NCBI GenBank assembly: GCA_973895155.1
Contig: OZ316891.1
Location: 28,587,145 to 28,651,144 of the forward strand
Origin: Marsupella aquatica
Taxonomy: Eukaryota > Plantae > Marchantiophyta
Direction: 5' to 3'
Length of the DNA stretch: 64,000 nt
Below the pieces are notes generated by a model. That model made no database searches, was not told where the DNA came from, and worked only from the letters and a program-made list of their open reading frames with translations. Numbering within the stretch: position 1 is the stretch's first letter; the number at the start of each line of letters is the position of its first letter. Below are positions 37,478 through 51,000 of the stretch, piece by piece. The position numbers and the translations under genes are program-made.

Positions 37478-40190
37478 TGTGGTGCGTCCCATGGCTCCCT
37501 AAACCCAAGAAACCCCCCAGCTCAAGCCGATTCCCACAGGTTTTGCGCTTGGCGAGGCCATTTCCGCGGCTTAGCGGCATGGGATGCTGCTAACCTCCTT
37601 CTACTATTACTATTAGCCTTTCACACACATATACTGGACAGATCCTTCATCGGGTCATGAGATACGTAGCCGGCCTAATCTAGGCCTTCCCTTGTCTTCC
37701 TCTCCTTCTGGTTAGGTATGTTTGGATTCTGCCGCCGGAATGATCCCCAATAGGCTTGGTTAAGCCGCTAAGACCTCTCTCAGCTCGACACATCCAACTC
37801 TCACTCCCTTGCTTACTTTCCTTCCTTCTGGTTGATGTGGGCACTCTTCACACAAGTTAATGCGACACACAAATAGCAAAATGACTCCTTCTGACTGAGT
37901 CATACCATGCACTTGCCATACAAACAGTACATCTCATACACAAGCTCTACGAACTAAGCCGTGAGGCCAACTCTATTCAGCTCTTAGGCATGAGGAAACA
38001 TGAATATACACAAGGTCACGGTATGACTAACCGAGAGCTTCTCTTACTACTTGATCCCAGCCCGGCTGGTGCAAACTAAAAACTTGCTAAAGAAGAGGCC
38101 CTGAGCTCCCCGCTGCCCAGGTACTTATCCTGGTAGTGGATCCGCCTAATTCTTTGCAGCGTAAGCCTAACCTACCTAACAGTAATCTACCTGCCCGAAT
38201 CTACCTATGTACAGCAAGGCAGGAGCACAAGTGTTGCTCCTTCCAGTGGAACCGCAATTCCACTAAGCTAAGTGTCAGGGCCGCCTCCTGGTCCTGATCC
38301 TAATCCTAAACTTGGAGATCAGCGCCCGCCCTGCCTACTCACGCCTCCTACCTCCACGTCCACCCTTCCTAAAAGGAACAGCGCCCTTGCACCGTCACGA
38401 CACCGGTGGTGGATCCTCAATGGACGCCCCCAATGCTTCCTCCGCAACCACTGCCGTTGGTCCATCCTCTAACAGATTACCTGCCTCTGACCGAGTCAAC
38501 TTTTCATCGGCCTGACTGGGCCCACCCTCGGCTTCGGCATCGGCTCGGGAATCATTCTCGGCTACGGCCTCAGCCTCGGCTTCAGCCACTGTCTCCCCGA
38601 CCTGCTCAAGAGGTGGATCTGGGATACCGGCCTCATTACTGAGTAGTTTGGTTTGGGCCGCGCCATCCCCACCTTTGGTGATAGCGGAATCTATTGCCGT
38701 GTTCATGCCGGAGGTTGGTGCCGGTTTGAGTACGGCTTGAGGGGTCGAATAACCTCCGGACCCCAAAGGTTTCCGCTTCTTCTTCTTCACTATCGCCACA
38801 GCCTGTTCCTTCCCTTTGCCGCCAACGTCCGGCACCGGGCCGTGTGTCACGGCTGGTCCTTCGGTAATTACCACCCCTGGTAACTGGTTTGCCCCAATAG
38901 GAGATGGACCTGATGCAGCTAAGCATTTAAATACTGCGGCTTGTTTCTTCAGCCGCTCAGTTTGGTTGTCGGCCCGCCGCTGTAGGTTCTCCATCTTCCT
39001 TGTGATTTCCTCCAACTCCTCCTGGGTCTTATCCAGGTCCTTACGTGCCTTCTCCAGCTCGTTTTTGGCTTCCTCCAATTCCCTGTGGGCTTCCTCCAAT
39101 TCCTTCTTGGTGGTAGCCCTCTCCTCCTGGATTGCTCTTAGCTCCTTGTCGAGCTCCGCTACGACCTCAGACTCCATGTTTTTCATCTTGGCATAAGTCT
39201 GGTCGAGCTGGGCGTCCTTCTCCCGCAGGTCAGCCTTGAAGCTGGCCGTCAGGGACGCAAGCTCCTGCTGTAGCGCAATAATCCCTTGATAGGATTTCCC
39301 TAACTCGGCCTCCTTCTGCTCAAGGGCTCTGCGGATGACCTCGAGCTCTCCCTTCAGCGCCCTCTCCCTTCTCTGAGTCTCCGCCGTGACCCAGTTGTTG
39401 ACTGCTATATGGGCCTCCTCTGCGTTTCTCAGCTCCTTCTTCCATTTCTCCCTGTCCTTGATTGCGTCGGCCAATTCTCCCTGGGTCTGAGTCAGTTTAT
39501 CCTTGATAATCTGATTATCAGCCTGCGCGGTGTCCAACTGCCCCTGCATGATGTTTAGCTCATGCCGCTTAATCCATAGTTCATCTTGGGCTTTCTTGGC
39601 CGCCCTTAGATCTTCAATCTCGGCTTCCATCCTCCTAAGCCGCCGGATGACCTCATCCTTCTTGCTTCTCTCTAAAGCCACCGCTTCTTCTAATTGGTGC
39701 TTCTCCAACTGCTCCCTATGGAAAAAGGGTCCTACCTCCAACTCCTCCCCAAAGATGCCGAGCGCAAGTTCCCCACACATCTCACCATACTCCATGGCTC
39801 TATTCTTAGCGTAGGTGGAGTAAGTAGAAGTGATCGGCATCGCCCATCGCGGCCTCTGCTCCCAAGCCGTCTTGCGGATCTCTTCAATCGTGGCTAGAGG
39901 TTTGCTTCCTTTTTCGGCTAGCCGCCTGATGTCCTCCGGCCAATCTCCTCGTGGCAAATCCTTTTCCCTAGCCAGGGCTGCCTCCTCTTCCTGCCTGATT
40001 CGCTCCTGAAATTCCTGCGCCGTCTGTTTTATGCCGTCAAAGCTCGGGGGAGCAACATCTGGTGGGGGAGACTCGGGGCTACTCTGCTGGTTGGGGTCCC
40101 CTCGAACTACCCTTGGAAGTGTGGGGATAAACCGGCCACAAGTCCTTACTCCTGGAACGTGATGGTCCGACCCATAGCCGGAGTTATCAT
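37478..40190. mobile_element. Partial copy A of the 4.66-kb TG...CA LTR-like element
   Basis: Starts TGTGGTGCGTCCCATGGCTCCC exactly as at 48070 and is colinear with 48070-50756; ends at the fold-back junction. Confidence 0.9.
38395..40190 (-). CDS. C-terminal half (long coiled coil + acidic tail) of the LTR-encoded protein, copy A, 5'-truncated
   Basis: ORF 38395-39957 (520 aa) is a close paralogue of 48991-50520. Confidence 0.8.
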
Positions 40191-41981
40191 GGCTATGGGT
40201 CGGACCATCACGTTCCAGGAGTAAGGACCTGTGGCCGGTTTATCCCCACACTTCCAAGGGTAGTACGAGGGGACCCCAACCAGCAGAGTAGCCCTGAGTC
40301 TCCCCCACCAGATGTTGCTCCCCCGAGCTTTGACGGCATAAACCAGACGGCGCAAGAATTTCAGGAGCGAATCAGGCAGGCAGAGGAGGCAGCCCTAGCT
40401 AGAGAAAAGGATTTGCCAGGAGGAGATTGGCCGGAGGACATCAAGCGGCTAGCCAAAAAAGGAAGCAAACCTCTAGCCACGATTGAAGAGATCCGCAAGA
40501 CGGCTTGGGAGCAGAGGCCGCGGTGGATGATGCCGATGACTTCTACTTCCTCCACCTATGCTAAAGACAGAGCCATGAAGTACGGAGAGATGTGTGGAGA
40601 ACTGGCGCTCAACATATTTGGGGAGGAGTTGGAGCAGGGACCCTTTTTCCAGAGGGAGATGTTGGAGAAGCGCCAATTAGAAGAAGCGGTGGCCTTGGAA
40701 AGAAGCAAGAAGGACGAGGTCATCCGTCGGCTTAGGGAAAGGGAGGCCAAAATCAAGGACCTGAGGGTGGCCAAGAAAGCCCAAGATGAGCTGCGGATTA
40801 AGCGGCATGAGCTAAATATCATGCAGGGCCAGTTGGATACCGCACAATCTAATAATCGGATGATCGAGAATCTACTAACGCGGACCCAAGGAGAATTGGC
40901 CGACGCAATCAAGGACAGGGAGAAATGGAAGAAGGAGCTGAGGAATGCAGAGGAGGCCCACATAACATCCAACAACCGGGCCATGGCGGAGACCCAAAGA
41001 AAGGAATGGGCGTTGAAGGGGGAGCTCGAGAAAATCCGCGGAGCCCTTGAGCAGAAGGAGGCCGAGTTAGGGAAATCCTATCAAGGGATTATGGCGCTGC
41101 AGCAGGAGCTTGCATCCCTGACGGCCAGCTTCAAGGCCGACCTACGGGAGAAGGACGAGATGCTCGATCAGACTTACGCCAAGATGAACCAGATGGAGTC
41201 TGTCATCATTGCAGAGCTCGACAAGGAGCTAAGAGCAACCCGGGAGGAGAGGGCTACCTTGAAGAAAGAACTGGAGGAAGCCCACAGGGAACGGGAGGAA
41301 GCCCAGAAGGAACTAGAGGAGGCGTGCAAGGACCTGGATGAGACCCAGGAGGAGTTGGAGGAAATCACGAGGAAGATGGAGAACCTACAGCGGCGGGCCG
41401 ACAACCAAACAGAGCGGCTGAAGAAACAAGCCGCAGTATTTAAGTGCTTGTCTTCATCAGGCCCAACTCCAATTGGGGCAACCAAGTTACCAGGAGTGGT
41501 ACTGGCCGAAGAACAAGCCGCCCCACCTGCACCAGTGACGGAAGTAAGTGGGAAGGGGAAGGGACCAGCTGCCGAACCAGAAAAGAAGAAGAAGCGGAAA
41601 CCTTCAGGGTCAAGGAGTAATACGACTCCACTGGCTGTGGTGACCAAGGAGGTAGACCCAGCACCAACCTCCGGCATGAACACGGCAATAGATCCCGCTA
41701 TCACCAAAGGTGGGGATGGCGCGGCCCAAGCCGAACTACTCAATAATGAGGCCGGTATCCCAGATCCGCCTCTTGAGCAGGCCGGGGAGACCATAGCCGA
41801 GGCTGAGGCCGTAGCCAAGAATGATTCCCAAGCCGACGCCGATGCTGATGGTAGACCCAGTCAGGCCGATGGAGAGTTGACTCAGTCAAGGGCAGGTAAT
41901 CTGTCAGAGAACGAACCTACGACAGTGGCTGAGGAGGAAGCGTTGGGGGCGTCCATTGAGGATCCACAACAGGTGTCGTGA
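40191..41981 (+). CDS. C-terminal half of the LTR-encoded coiled-coil protein, copy B, 5'-truncated
   Basis: ORF 40413-41981 (522 aa), paralogue of copies A and C. Confidence 0.8.
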   Translation, partial: GYGSDHHVPGVRTCGRFIPTLPRVVRGDPNQQSSPESPPPDVAPPSFDGINQTAQEFQERIRQAEEAALAREKDLPGGDWPEDIKRLAKKGSKPLATIEEIRKTAWEQRPRWMMPMTSTSSTYAKDRAMKYGEMCGELALNIFGEELEQGPFFQREMLEKRQLEEAVALERSKKDEVIRRLREREAKIKDLRVAKKAQDELRIKRHELNIMQGQLDTAQSNNRMIENLLTRTQGELADAIKDREKWKKELRNAEEAHITSNNRAMAETQRKEWALKGELEKIRGALEQKEAELGKSYQGIMALQQELASLTASFKADLREKDEMLDQTYAKMNQMESVIIAELDKELRATREERATLKKELEEAHREREEAQKELEEACKDLDETQEELEEITRKMENLQRRADNQTERLKKQAAVFKCLSSSGPTPIGATKLPGVVLAEEQAAPPAPVTEVSGKGKGPAAEPEKKKKRKPSGSRSNTTPLAVVTKEVDPAPTSGMNTAIDPAITKGGDGAAQAELLNNEAGIPDPPLEQAGETIAEAEAVAKNDSQADADADGRPSQADGELTQSRAGNLSENEPTTVAEEEALGASIEDPQQVS

Positions 41982-42243
41982 CGGTGCAAGGGCGCCGTTC
42001 CTTTTAGGAAGGGCAGACGTGGAGGTAGGAGGCGTGAGTGGGTAGGGCGAGCGCTGATCTCCAAGTTTAGGATTAGGATCAGGACCAGGAGGCGGCCCTG
42101 ACACTTAGCTTAGTGGGATTGCGGTTCCACTGGCTGGAGCAACACTTGTGCTCCTGCCTCGCTGTACAGTTAGGTAGATTACAGGTAGGATAGATTAAGC
42201 TTACGCAGCGAAGTTCTAAACAGATCCACTGCCAGGATAAATA
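40191..42243. mobile_element. Partial copy B of the same LTR-like element, inverted; interrupted by CACTA copy 2
   Basis: Reverse-complement homologue of ~38121-40179; ends gatccactgccaggataaata immediately before CACTA at 42244. Confidence 0.9.
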
Positions 42244-42634
42244 CACTAGAAGAAAATAGGGCCCTTTATGACCAATCACCCAATGACGGAGATGAATAAA
42301 TGACCAAAATTTCTAATGACACAAAAAGAATGACAAGAGAATGACTGTCCAAAATGACCAATAGACTGAAATGACAAAATGTTAACTTTTGCGTCATTTT
42401 GTATAATGTTTGTAATGACTGATGCGACCAAAATGACCCAATTTCCCAAAATGGTCAATTTAGACACATGTCTTAAATGACGCAATTAATAACAACAATG
42501 ATAAATCAATGTTTAGCACCATTATAGTCACTCTGGACAATGATTGAAATGACCAAAAATTTATTTGGGTCATTTTGGTCAACGGTGATAAATGACAAAA
42601 AATGTATTTCCGTCATTTTAATCAACGGTGTTAA

Positions 42635-43065
42635 ATGACAAAACATAGGGTCAATCTGAAAATGAGAATATATCAGTGTTTATAATAGCATACTGTCATT
42701 ATGGACTTCTTTCATAAATGACTAACTCTAGGGTCAATCTTGAAATTAGGACATATCAATGTTTACAATAGCATACCGTCATTATGGACTTCTTTCATAA
42801 ATGACTAACTCTAGGGTCAATCTTGAAATTAGGACATATCAGTATTTACAAGAACATACTGTCATTAATATGGACTTCTCTCATAAATGACTAACTCCAT
42901 AGTCAATACTGAAACTAGGATATATCAGTGTTGACAACAACATACTGTCATTATGGACTTGTCGCATAAATGACTAAATATAGGGTCAATCTAAAAATCA
43001 TGATATATCAATGTTTACAATAACATACAGTCATTATGGACTTATTGCATAAATGACTACTTATA
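42635..43065. repeat. 83-bp subterminal tandem repeat (copy 2), about 5 units
   Basis: Reverse complement of the 34574-35080 units. Confidence 0.8.
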
Positions 43066-43159
43066 GAGTCATTAAAGAACCCAAGAGATATGAAGATTAA
43101 AATACTCAGTAGTTATTCCATACATCGATCATAATTGTAGAGTCATTGATATAGTTGAT

Positions 43160-46100
43160 AACCCTTCCACTAAATGCGGGACACAATACTCATCATTGTC
43201 CTCCCACTGGTTGCGGCATTAGCAATTTGAACACATGTCTTGCATTTACTTAAGGCGTGATGCACCTAGCTTTGGGGAAATCACTCTCAAGTCATACACC
43301 TTTGGAGTGATTTGCCAGAAGTGTTACCATATATAGATGCATACTATCGTATCCAAAGGCAAATGAAGTCTTTTTGTCTCTCCAAGAAGTAGGGCAATAC
43401 CAATGGAAGTTTGTCATCCTTTGTTGTAATTGTGTCATGTTTGTGCCAATGTTTGGATGGGCAATATTTTAATTTGCAAATGAATAGTGATGGGGCATTC
43501 AAGGAGCTAGTGTAATCTTTATTGGGTCATTTCTAAAAACATTTGCATCACAAATACCAATGACTACAAGTAGGGTCATTAAATTTGTCATATGGACTGT
43601 CATATAAGTCAAGTGACTAGACTTGTGGTCATTTGTGTGGTCCCTCATGCAGTCATTAAACACAAGCACTAATGACCAGTTTGGGGCTAGGGGTTGGAGG
43701 TGGGCCCTAGAGTGCGATGGGGCCCCACATAGAGGTGAGAACCCCTCCACTGGGTGCGGGACACTATACTCATCATTGTCCAACCACTAGTTGCGACGTA
43801 AGCACTTTGGACACATGTTTTGGCATTTACTTAAGGCATGATGCACCTTTGGGGAAATCACTCCCAAGTCGTATGACTTTGGAGTGATTTGCCAAAAGTG
43901 TCACCGTGCATGCATACCATCACATCCAAAGGCAAATAAAACTTGTTTTTTGGTTCTCCAAGAGGTGGTGTTGCACCAATGGAATGGGCAGCGGAGTCGT
44001 GCTTCTCAGTATGGTGTGGGTGCGGGTTTAGGGAAGAGGAATATTCCAACCTTGCAAGGAATCTAAAGTTGGCTCTCTTTGGAGATACTAGGGCCTTTAT
44101 TGGGTCATATGTGAGCAATGGCCCGTCATAAATACCAATGACTACAAGTAGGGTCATTAAATTTGTCATATGGACTGTCATATAAGTCAAGTGACTGGAC
44201 TTGTGGTCATTTGTGTGGTCCCTCATGCAGTCATTAAACACAAGCACTAATGACCAGTTTGGGGCTAGGGGCTAGAGGTGGGCCCTAGAGTGCGATGGGG
44301 CCCCACATAGAGGTGAGAACCCCTCCACTGGGTGCGGGACACTATACTCATCATTGTCCAACCACTAGTTGCAACATAAGCACTTTGGACACATGTTTTG
44401 GCGTTTACTTAAGGCATGATGCACCTTTGGGGAAATCACTCCCAAGTCATATGACTTTGGAGTGATTTGCCAAAAGTGCGTCCATGCATGCACACCATCA
44501 CATCCAAAGGCAAATAAAACTTGTTTTTTGGTTCTCCAAGAGGTGGTGCTGCACCAATGGAATGGGCAGGGGAGTCGTGCTTCTCAGTATGGTGTGGGTG
44601 TGGGTTTAGGGAAGAGGAATATTCCAACCTTGCAAGGAATCTAAAGTTGGCTCTCTTTGGAGATACTAGGGCCTTTATTGGGTCATATGTGAGCAATGGC
44701 CCGTCATAAATACCAATGACTACAAGTAGGGTCATTAAATTTGTCACATGGACTGTCATATAAGTCAAGTGACTGGACTTGTGGTCATTTGTGTGGTCCC
44801 TCATGCAGTCATTAAACACAAGCACTAATGACCAGTTTGGGGCTAGGGGCTGGAGGTGGGCACTAGAGTGCGATTGGGCCCCACATAGAGGTGAGAACCC
44901 CTCCACTGGGTGCGGGACACTATACTCATCATTGTCCAACCATTAGTTGCAACATAAGCACTTTGGACACATGTTTTGGCGTTTACTTAAGGCATGATGC
45001 ACCTTTGGGGAAATCACTCCCAAGTCATATGACTTTGGAGTGATTTGCCAAAAGTGTGTCCATGCATGCACACCATCACATCCAAAGGCAAATAAAACTT
45101 GTTTTTTGGTTCTCCAAGAGGTGGTGCTGCACCAATGGAATGGGCAGGGGAGTCGTGCTTCTCAGTATGGTGTGGGTGCGGGTTTAGGGAAGAGGAATAT
45201 TCCAACCTTGCAAGGAATCTAAAGTTGGCTCTCTTTGGAGATACTAGGGCCTTTATTGGGTCATATGTGAGCAATGGCCCGTCATAAATACCAATGACTA
45301 CAAGTAGGGTCATTAAATTTGTCACATGGACTGTCATATAAGTCAAGTGACTGGACTTGTGGTCATTTGTGTGGTCCCTCATGCAGTCATTAAACACAAG
45401 CACTAATGACCAGTTTGGGGCTAGGGGCTGAAGGTGGGCCCTAGAGTGCGATGGGGCCCCACATAGAGGTGAGAACCCCTCCACTGGGTGCGGGACACTA
45501 TAATACTCATCATTGTCCAACCACTAGTTGCAACATAAACACTTTGGACACATGTTTTGGTGTTTACTTAAGGCATGATGCACCTTTGGGGAAATCACTC
45601 CCAAGTCATATGACTTTGGAGTGATTTGCCAAAAGTGTGTTCCATGCATGCACACCATCACATCCAAAGGCAAATAAAACTTGTTTTTTGGTTCTCCAAG
45701 AGGTGGTGCTGCACCAATGGAATGGGCAGGGGAATTGTGCTTCTCAGTATGGTGTGGGTGCGGGTTTAGGGAAGAGGAATATTCCAACCTTGCAATTGCG
45801 GGTTCTCTTTGGAGGTACTAGGGCCTTTATTGGGTCATATGTGACCAATGACTTGTCATAAATGCCAATGACCAAAAGTCAAGTCATTAAAACTGTCATA
45901 TGGGAAGTCATATAAGTCAAGTGACTAGACTTGTGGTCATTTGTGTGGCCCTTCATGCAGTCATTAAACAGAAGCACAAATGACAAGTTTGGGGCTAGGG
46001 GCTGAAGGTGGGCCCTAGAGTCCCATGTGGCCCCACATAGAGCTCGCAACCCCTCCACTATGTGCAAAATACTATATTTACTATTCTCCAACCACTAGTT

Positions 46101-46810
46101 GCACCATTAGCACCGTACCTCATGTGAGTTTTTGCGTTTACTTAAGGGATGATGCAACATTGGGGAAATCACTCCCAAGTCATACAACTTTGGAGTGATT
46201 TGCCAAAAGCACCAACATGGATCATGAATATCTTATGTTCCTAAGGCAAATGGAGCCATTTGTTTAGTTCCTCAACGAGGTAGTGCAACACCAATGGGAT
46301 GGGCATGGTAGTGGTGCTTCCCTCTACGGTGGACATGTGTGTTGGTTAAAGGAATAGGAATATTCCTATTTTACAAGAAATCTAAAGCGGCCTCTTTCTT
46401 GACGTACTAGGACCTTCATTGGGTCATTTTTTAACAAAGTCGTGTCATAATTGCCAATGACTACAAGCAGGGTCATTGAATTGGTCATATGGGATGTCAT
46501 ATAAGGCAAATGACTGGACTTTGAGTCATTTGAGATGTCCCTAGTGCAGTCATTGGAGACAAGCATGAATGACCAATTTGGGGCTAAGGGTTGGAGGCGG
46601 GCCCTAGAGTGCCATGTGGCCCCACATAGAGCTCGCAACCCCTCTACTAGGTGCAAAATACTATATTTACCATTCTCCAACCACTAGTTGCACCAGTAGC
46701 ACTTTGGAGCTGTGTTTTGCATTTACTTTAGGCACAATGTAACTTTGGGGAAATCACTCCCAAGTCATACAACTTTGGAGTGATTTGCCAAAAGTGTCAC
46801 GTACCCTGCA
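43160..46810. repeat. ~578-bp internal tandem array, 6-7 units (CACTA copy 2)
   Basis: gggaaatcactcccaagtc at ~43276, 43852, 44430, 45008, 45589, 46163, 46748. Confidence 0.92.
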
Positions 46811-48069
46811 TGCATACTGTCCTATCCAAACGGCAAACAAAAATTGTTTTTGTCTCTCCAAGAGATATATAATGCAATACTAGTGGAAGACTATGTCCTT
46901 CTATATAACTATGTCATGTTTGTGCCGATATTTGGATTTGGATATATTCTATTAAATTCCAAATGAATTGTAAGGGGGCATTCCGAGAGGTAATGTACTC
47001 TTCATTGGGTCATTTTCACATAATGGTGTGTCATTAATGCCAATGACTACATATAGGGTCATTTTTATAGTCATATTTGTGGTCATTAGACAGGTCCCTC
47101 ATGGTGTGTCATTAATGAAAACACCTCAAATTAGGGTCATTTTGGTTGTCATACTACAGGTAAGAAGTTCCAAATGATTGGAAATGTGGTCCTTACAAAG
47201 GCTATTGGGGGGTTCTCTTTGGAGGTACAAGGGAGTTCATTGGGTCATTTGTGAATTAAATAGTGCTTCAATATGAATGACTAAAAGTGGGGTCACTCAC
47301 GCTGTCATCTTGGAGCCATTAATGTTGGCATATTGGAGGTCATATAGTCATGGTGAGACTAATAAGGTAGTCCAAAATTGTGTTCATGCATATGGTCCTT
47401 TTTGCAGACATAACCTATCACCCAAAAAACATGGCCGGTACATAGTTAATTACACTAATGTAATCCACAACACCCTCACCTCCCATTAAGGAGGTTTAAA
47501 TGAGGGGCGGGTTATGGGCACCTACACAAACAGCCATGACCTTATGGGGGTGTCGCGACATTATGAGCTATTGACCTTCAGTGCCTTCCCTAGGGCCTTA
47601 TGGGGGCGTCCCGACCTTGTTATTAACTTATTTAGTTGGTATTATCTATGGGCCTTATGGGGGGGTTTTGTTACATTGTTATTAACTAGTCTCAAAAAAT
47701 AACCCTAATTAATGACCCACAATATCCACCATCCCCATCCAACAAAATACCTTACCTTTACGGGGTTTAGGGGTCCAGCAATTAGGTTTATCCCGCTCAA
47801 GTGGTCTTGCGTACCAACAGGAGCCCTTTTTCCTCAACAAACATCGAGAGGGCAACGCGATATGTGCTTATGTCTTGGCATGCCTTTGTGTGCACATTGC
47901 AAGGGCTTAGGGCTGCGCAGCTTTGTGCTCCATTCCACCAAGCGCAGGGAATGAAGGCGAGCACATTTGCCCTGGGAGCATAGGTGGGATTTGCGGGAGG
48001 GGATGAGCTGCGACACTCTTCCGAGCACATTTGCCCCGGGAGCACAGATTGGAGTTGCGGGAGGGAAGG

Positions 48070-51000
48070 TGTGGTGCGTCCCATGGCTCCCTAAACCCAA
48101 GAAACCCCCCAGCTCAAGCCGATTCCCGCAGGTTTCGTGCTTGGCGAGGCCGTTTCCGCGGCTTAGCGGCATGGGACGCTGCTAACCTTCTACTACTACT
48201 ATTAACATTTTACACACATATACTGGACAGATCCTTCATCGGGTCATGAGATACGTAGCCGGCCTAATATAGGCCTTCCCCTGTCTTCCCCTGTCTTCCC
48301 CTCCGTCTTGTTAGGTATGTTTGGATTCCGCCGCCGGAATGATCCCCAATAGGCTTGGTTAAGCCGCTAAGACCTCTCTCAGCTCGACACATCCAACTCT
48401 CACTCCCCTGCTTACTTTCCTTCCTTCTGTTGATGTGGGCACTCTTCACACAAGTTAATGCGACACACAAATAGCAAAATGACTCATTCTGACTGAGTCA
48501 TACCATGCACTTGCCATACAAACAGTACATCTCATACACAAGTTCTGCGAACTAAGCCGTGAGGCCAACTCTATTCAGCTCTTAGGCATGAGGAAACATG
48601 AATATACACAAGGGTCACTGTATGACTAACCGAGAGCTTCTCGTACTACTTGATCCCAGCCCGGCTGGTGCAAACTAAAAACTTGCTAAAGAAGAGGCCC
48701 TGAGCTCCCCGCTGCCCAGGTACTTATCCTGGTAGTGGATCCGCCATTCTTTGCATCGTAAGCCTAATCTACTTAACAGTAATCTACTTGCCCGAATCTA
48801 CCTATGTACAGCAAGGCAGGAGCACAAGTGTTGCTCCTACCAGTGGGACCGCAATCCCACTAAGCTAAGTGTCAGGGCCGCTCCTGGTTCTGATCCTAAT
48901 CCTAAACGTGGAGATCCGTGCCCGCCCTGCCCACTCACGCCTCCTCCCTCCACGTCCGCCCTCCCTAAAAGGAACGGCGCCCTTGCACCGTCACGACACC
49001 GGTGGTGGATCCTCAATGGATGCCCCCAACACTTCCTCCTCAGCCACTGCCGTTGGCCCGCCTACTGACAGATTACCTGCCCTTGACCGAGTCAACTCTC
49101 CATCGGCCTGACTGGGTCCACCTTCGGCTTCAGCCTCGACACCGGCCTCGGCAATACCCACGGCTTCGGCTTCAGCCACTCCCACGGCTTCGGCTTCAGC
49201 CACTCCCACGGCTTCGGCTTCCCCTTCCCCTAGGGTAGTTGGATCCTTAGCCGTGACCCTGTCTGGGGTCGGTGCTGGGTCTACCTCCTTGATCACCACG
49301 GCCTGTGAAGTCGTATTACTCCTTGACCCTGAAGGTTTCCGCTTCTTCTTCGTTGGTGGCTCGGCAGCTGGTCCCTTCCCCTTCCCACTTACTTCCGGCA
49401 CTGGTGCAGGTGGCGCGGCTTGTCCTTCGGCAATTACCACCCCTGGTAACTGGTTTGTCCCAACAGGAGATGGACCTGCTGCAGCTAAGCATTTAAATAC
49501 TGCGGCTTGTTTCTTCAGCCGCTCTGTTTGGTTGTCGGCCCGCCGCTGTAGGTTCTCCATCTTCCTCGTGATTTCCTCCAACTCCTCTTGGGTTTCATCC
49601 AGGTCCTTACGTGCCCCCTCCAGCTCGTTTTTGGCCTCCTCCTGCTCCCTGTGGGCTTCCTCCAATTCCTTCTTCAAGGTAGCCTTCTCCTCCTGGGTTG
49701 CTCTTAGCTCCTTGTCGAGCTCTGCAATGATGACAGACTCCATCTGGTTCATCTTGGCGTAAGTCTGTTCGAGCATCTCGTCCTTCTCCCTTAGGTCGGC
49801 CTTGAAGCTGGCCGTCAGGGACGCAAGCTCCTGCTGCAGCGCCATAATCCCTTGATAGGATTTCCCTAACTCGACCTCCTTCTGCTCAAGGGCTCCGCGG
49901 ATTTTCTCGAGCTCCCCTTTCAACGCCCATTCCTTTCTTTGGGTCTCCGCCATGGCCCGGCTGTTGGCTGTTATGTGGGCCTCCTCTGTATTCTTCAGCT
50001 CTTGCTTCCACTTTTCCCTTTCTTTGATCGTGTCGGCCAACTCTTCCTGCGTCTGAGTCAGTTTATCCTTGATATTCTGATTATCAGCCTGCGCGGCGTC
50101 CAACTACCCCTGCATGATGTTCAGCTCATGTCGTTTAATCCGCAGTTCATCTTGGGCTTTCTTGGCCGCCCTTAGATCTTCAATCTCGGCTTCCATCCTC
50201 CTAAGCCGCCGAATGACCTCGTCCTTCTTGCTTCTCTCTAAAGCCACCGCTTCTTCTAATTGGTGCTTCTCCAACTGCTCCCTATGGAAAAAGGGTCCTA
50301 CCTCCAACTCCTCTCCAAAGATGCCGAGCGCAAGTTCCCCACACATCTCACCATACTCTATGGCTCTATTCTTAGCGTAGGTGGAGTAAGTAGAAGTGAT
50401 CGGCATCGCCCATCGTGGCCTCTGCTCCCAAGCCGTCCTGCGGATCTCTTCAATCGTGGCTAGAGGTTTGCTTCCTTTTTCGGCTAGCCGCCTGATGTCC
50501 TCCGGCCAATCTCCTCCTGGTAAATCCTTTTCCTTAGCCAGGGCGGCCTCTTCCTCCTGCTTGATTCGCTCCTGAAATTCCTGCACCGTCTGTTTTATGC
50601 CGTCGAAGCTCGGGGGAGCAACATCTGGTGGGGGAGACTCAGGGCTACTCTGCTGGTTGGGGTCCCCTCGCACTACCCTTGGAAGTGTGGGGACAAACCG
50701 GCCACAGGTCCTTACTCCTGGAACGTGATGGTCCGACCCGTAGCCGGAATTATCATGGCTGCAGTCCTCCACTGCCTCCTCTACCTCTTGGACGTCCGGC
50801 TTCTCCCTCTCCTCTTCGTTGGTAGGAGCTTCAGGCAATTCTGCCTCAGATTCGGAGCTTGAGGTTCCCACGTACATTCGAACACCTGACTTGGATTCCG
50901 GCCTGATTCTCTCCTTGTCTCCAGCAAAGGGGTTTTCTCTTGTGAGCCGGTGTAGGCCTACCTCTGTAGTAGTGTCCTGCATTGTTGCCGTTGCCGTTGT

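Noticed and set aside
38395-41981. Host SMC/myosin/tropomyosin gene
   Set aside because: Only generic coiled-coil heptads, no ATPase motifs, no introns, and it lies within a TSD-flanked repeat family.
31087-46680. Recurrent 60-170-aa ORFs (e.g. MDNDEYSVPH..., ...FGKSLQSHTTWE) in the 578-bp arrays
   Set aside because: Frames open and close inconsistently between units; they are translations of a non-coding tandem repeat.
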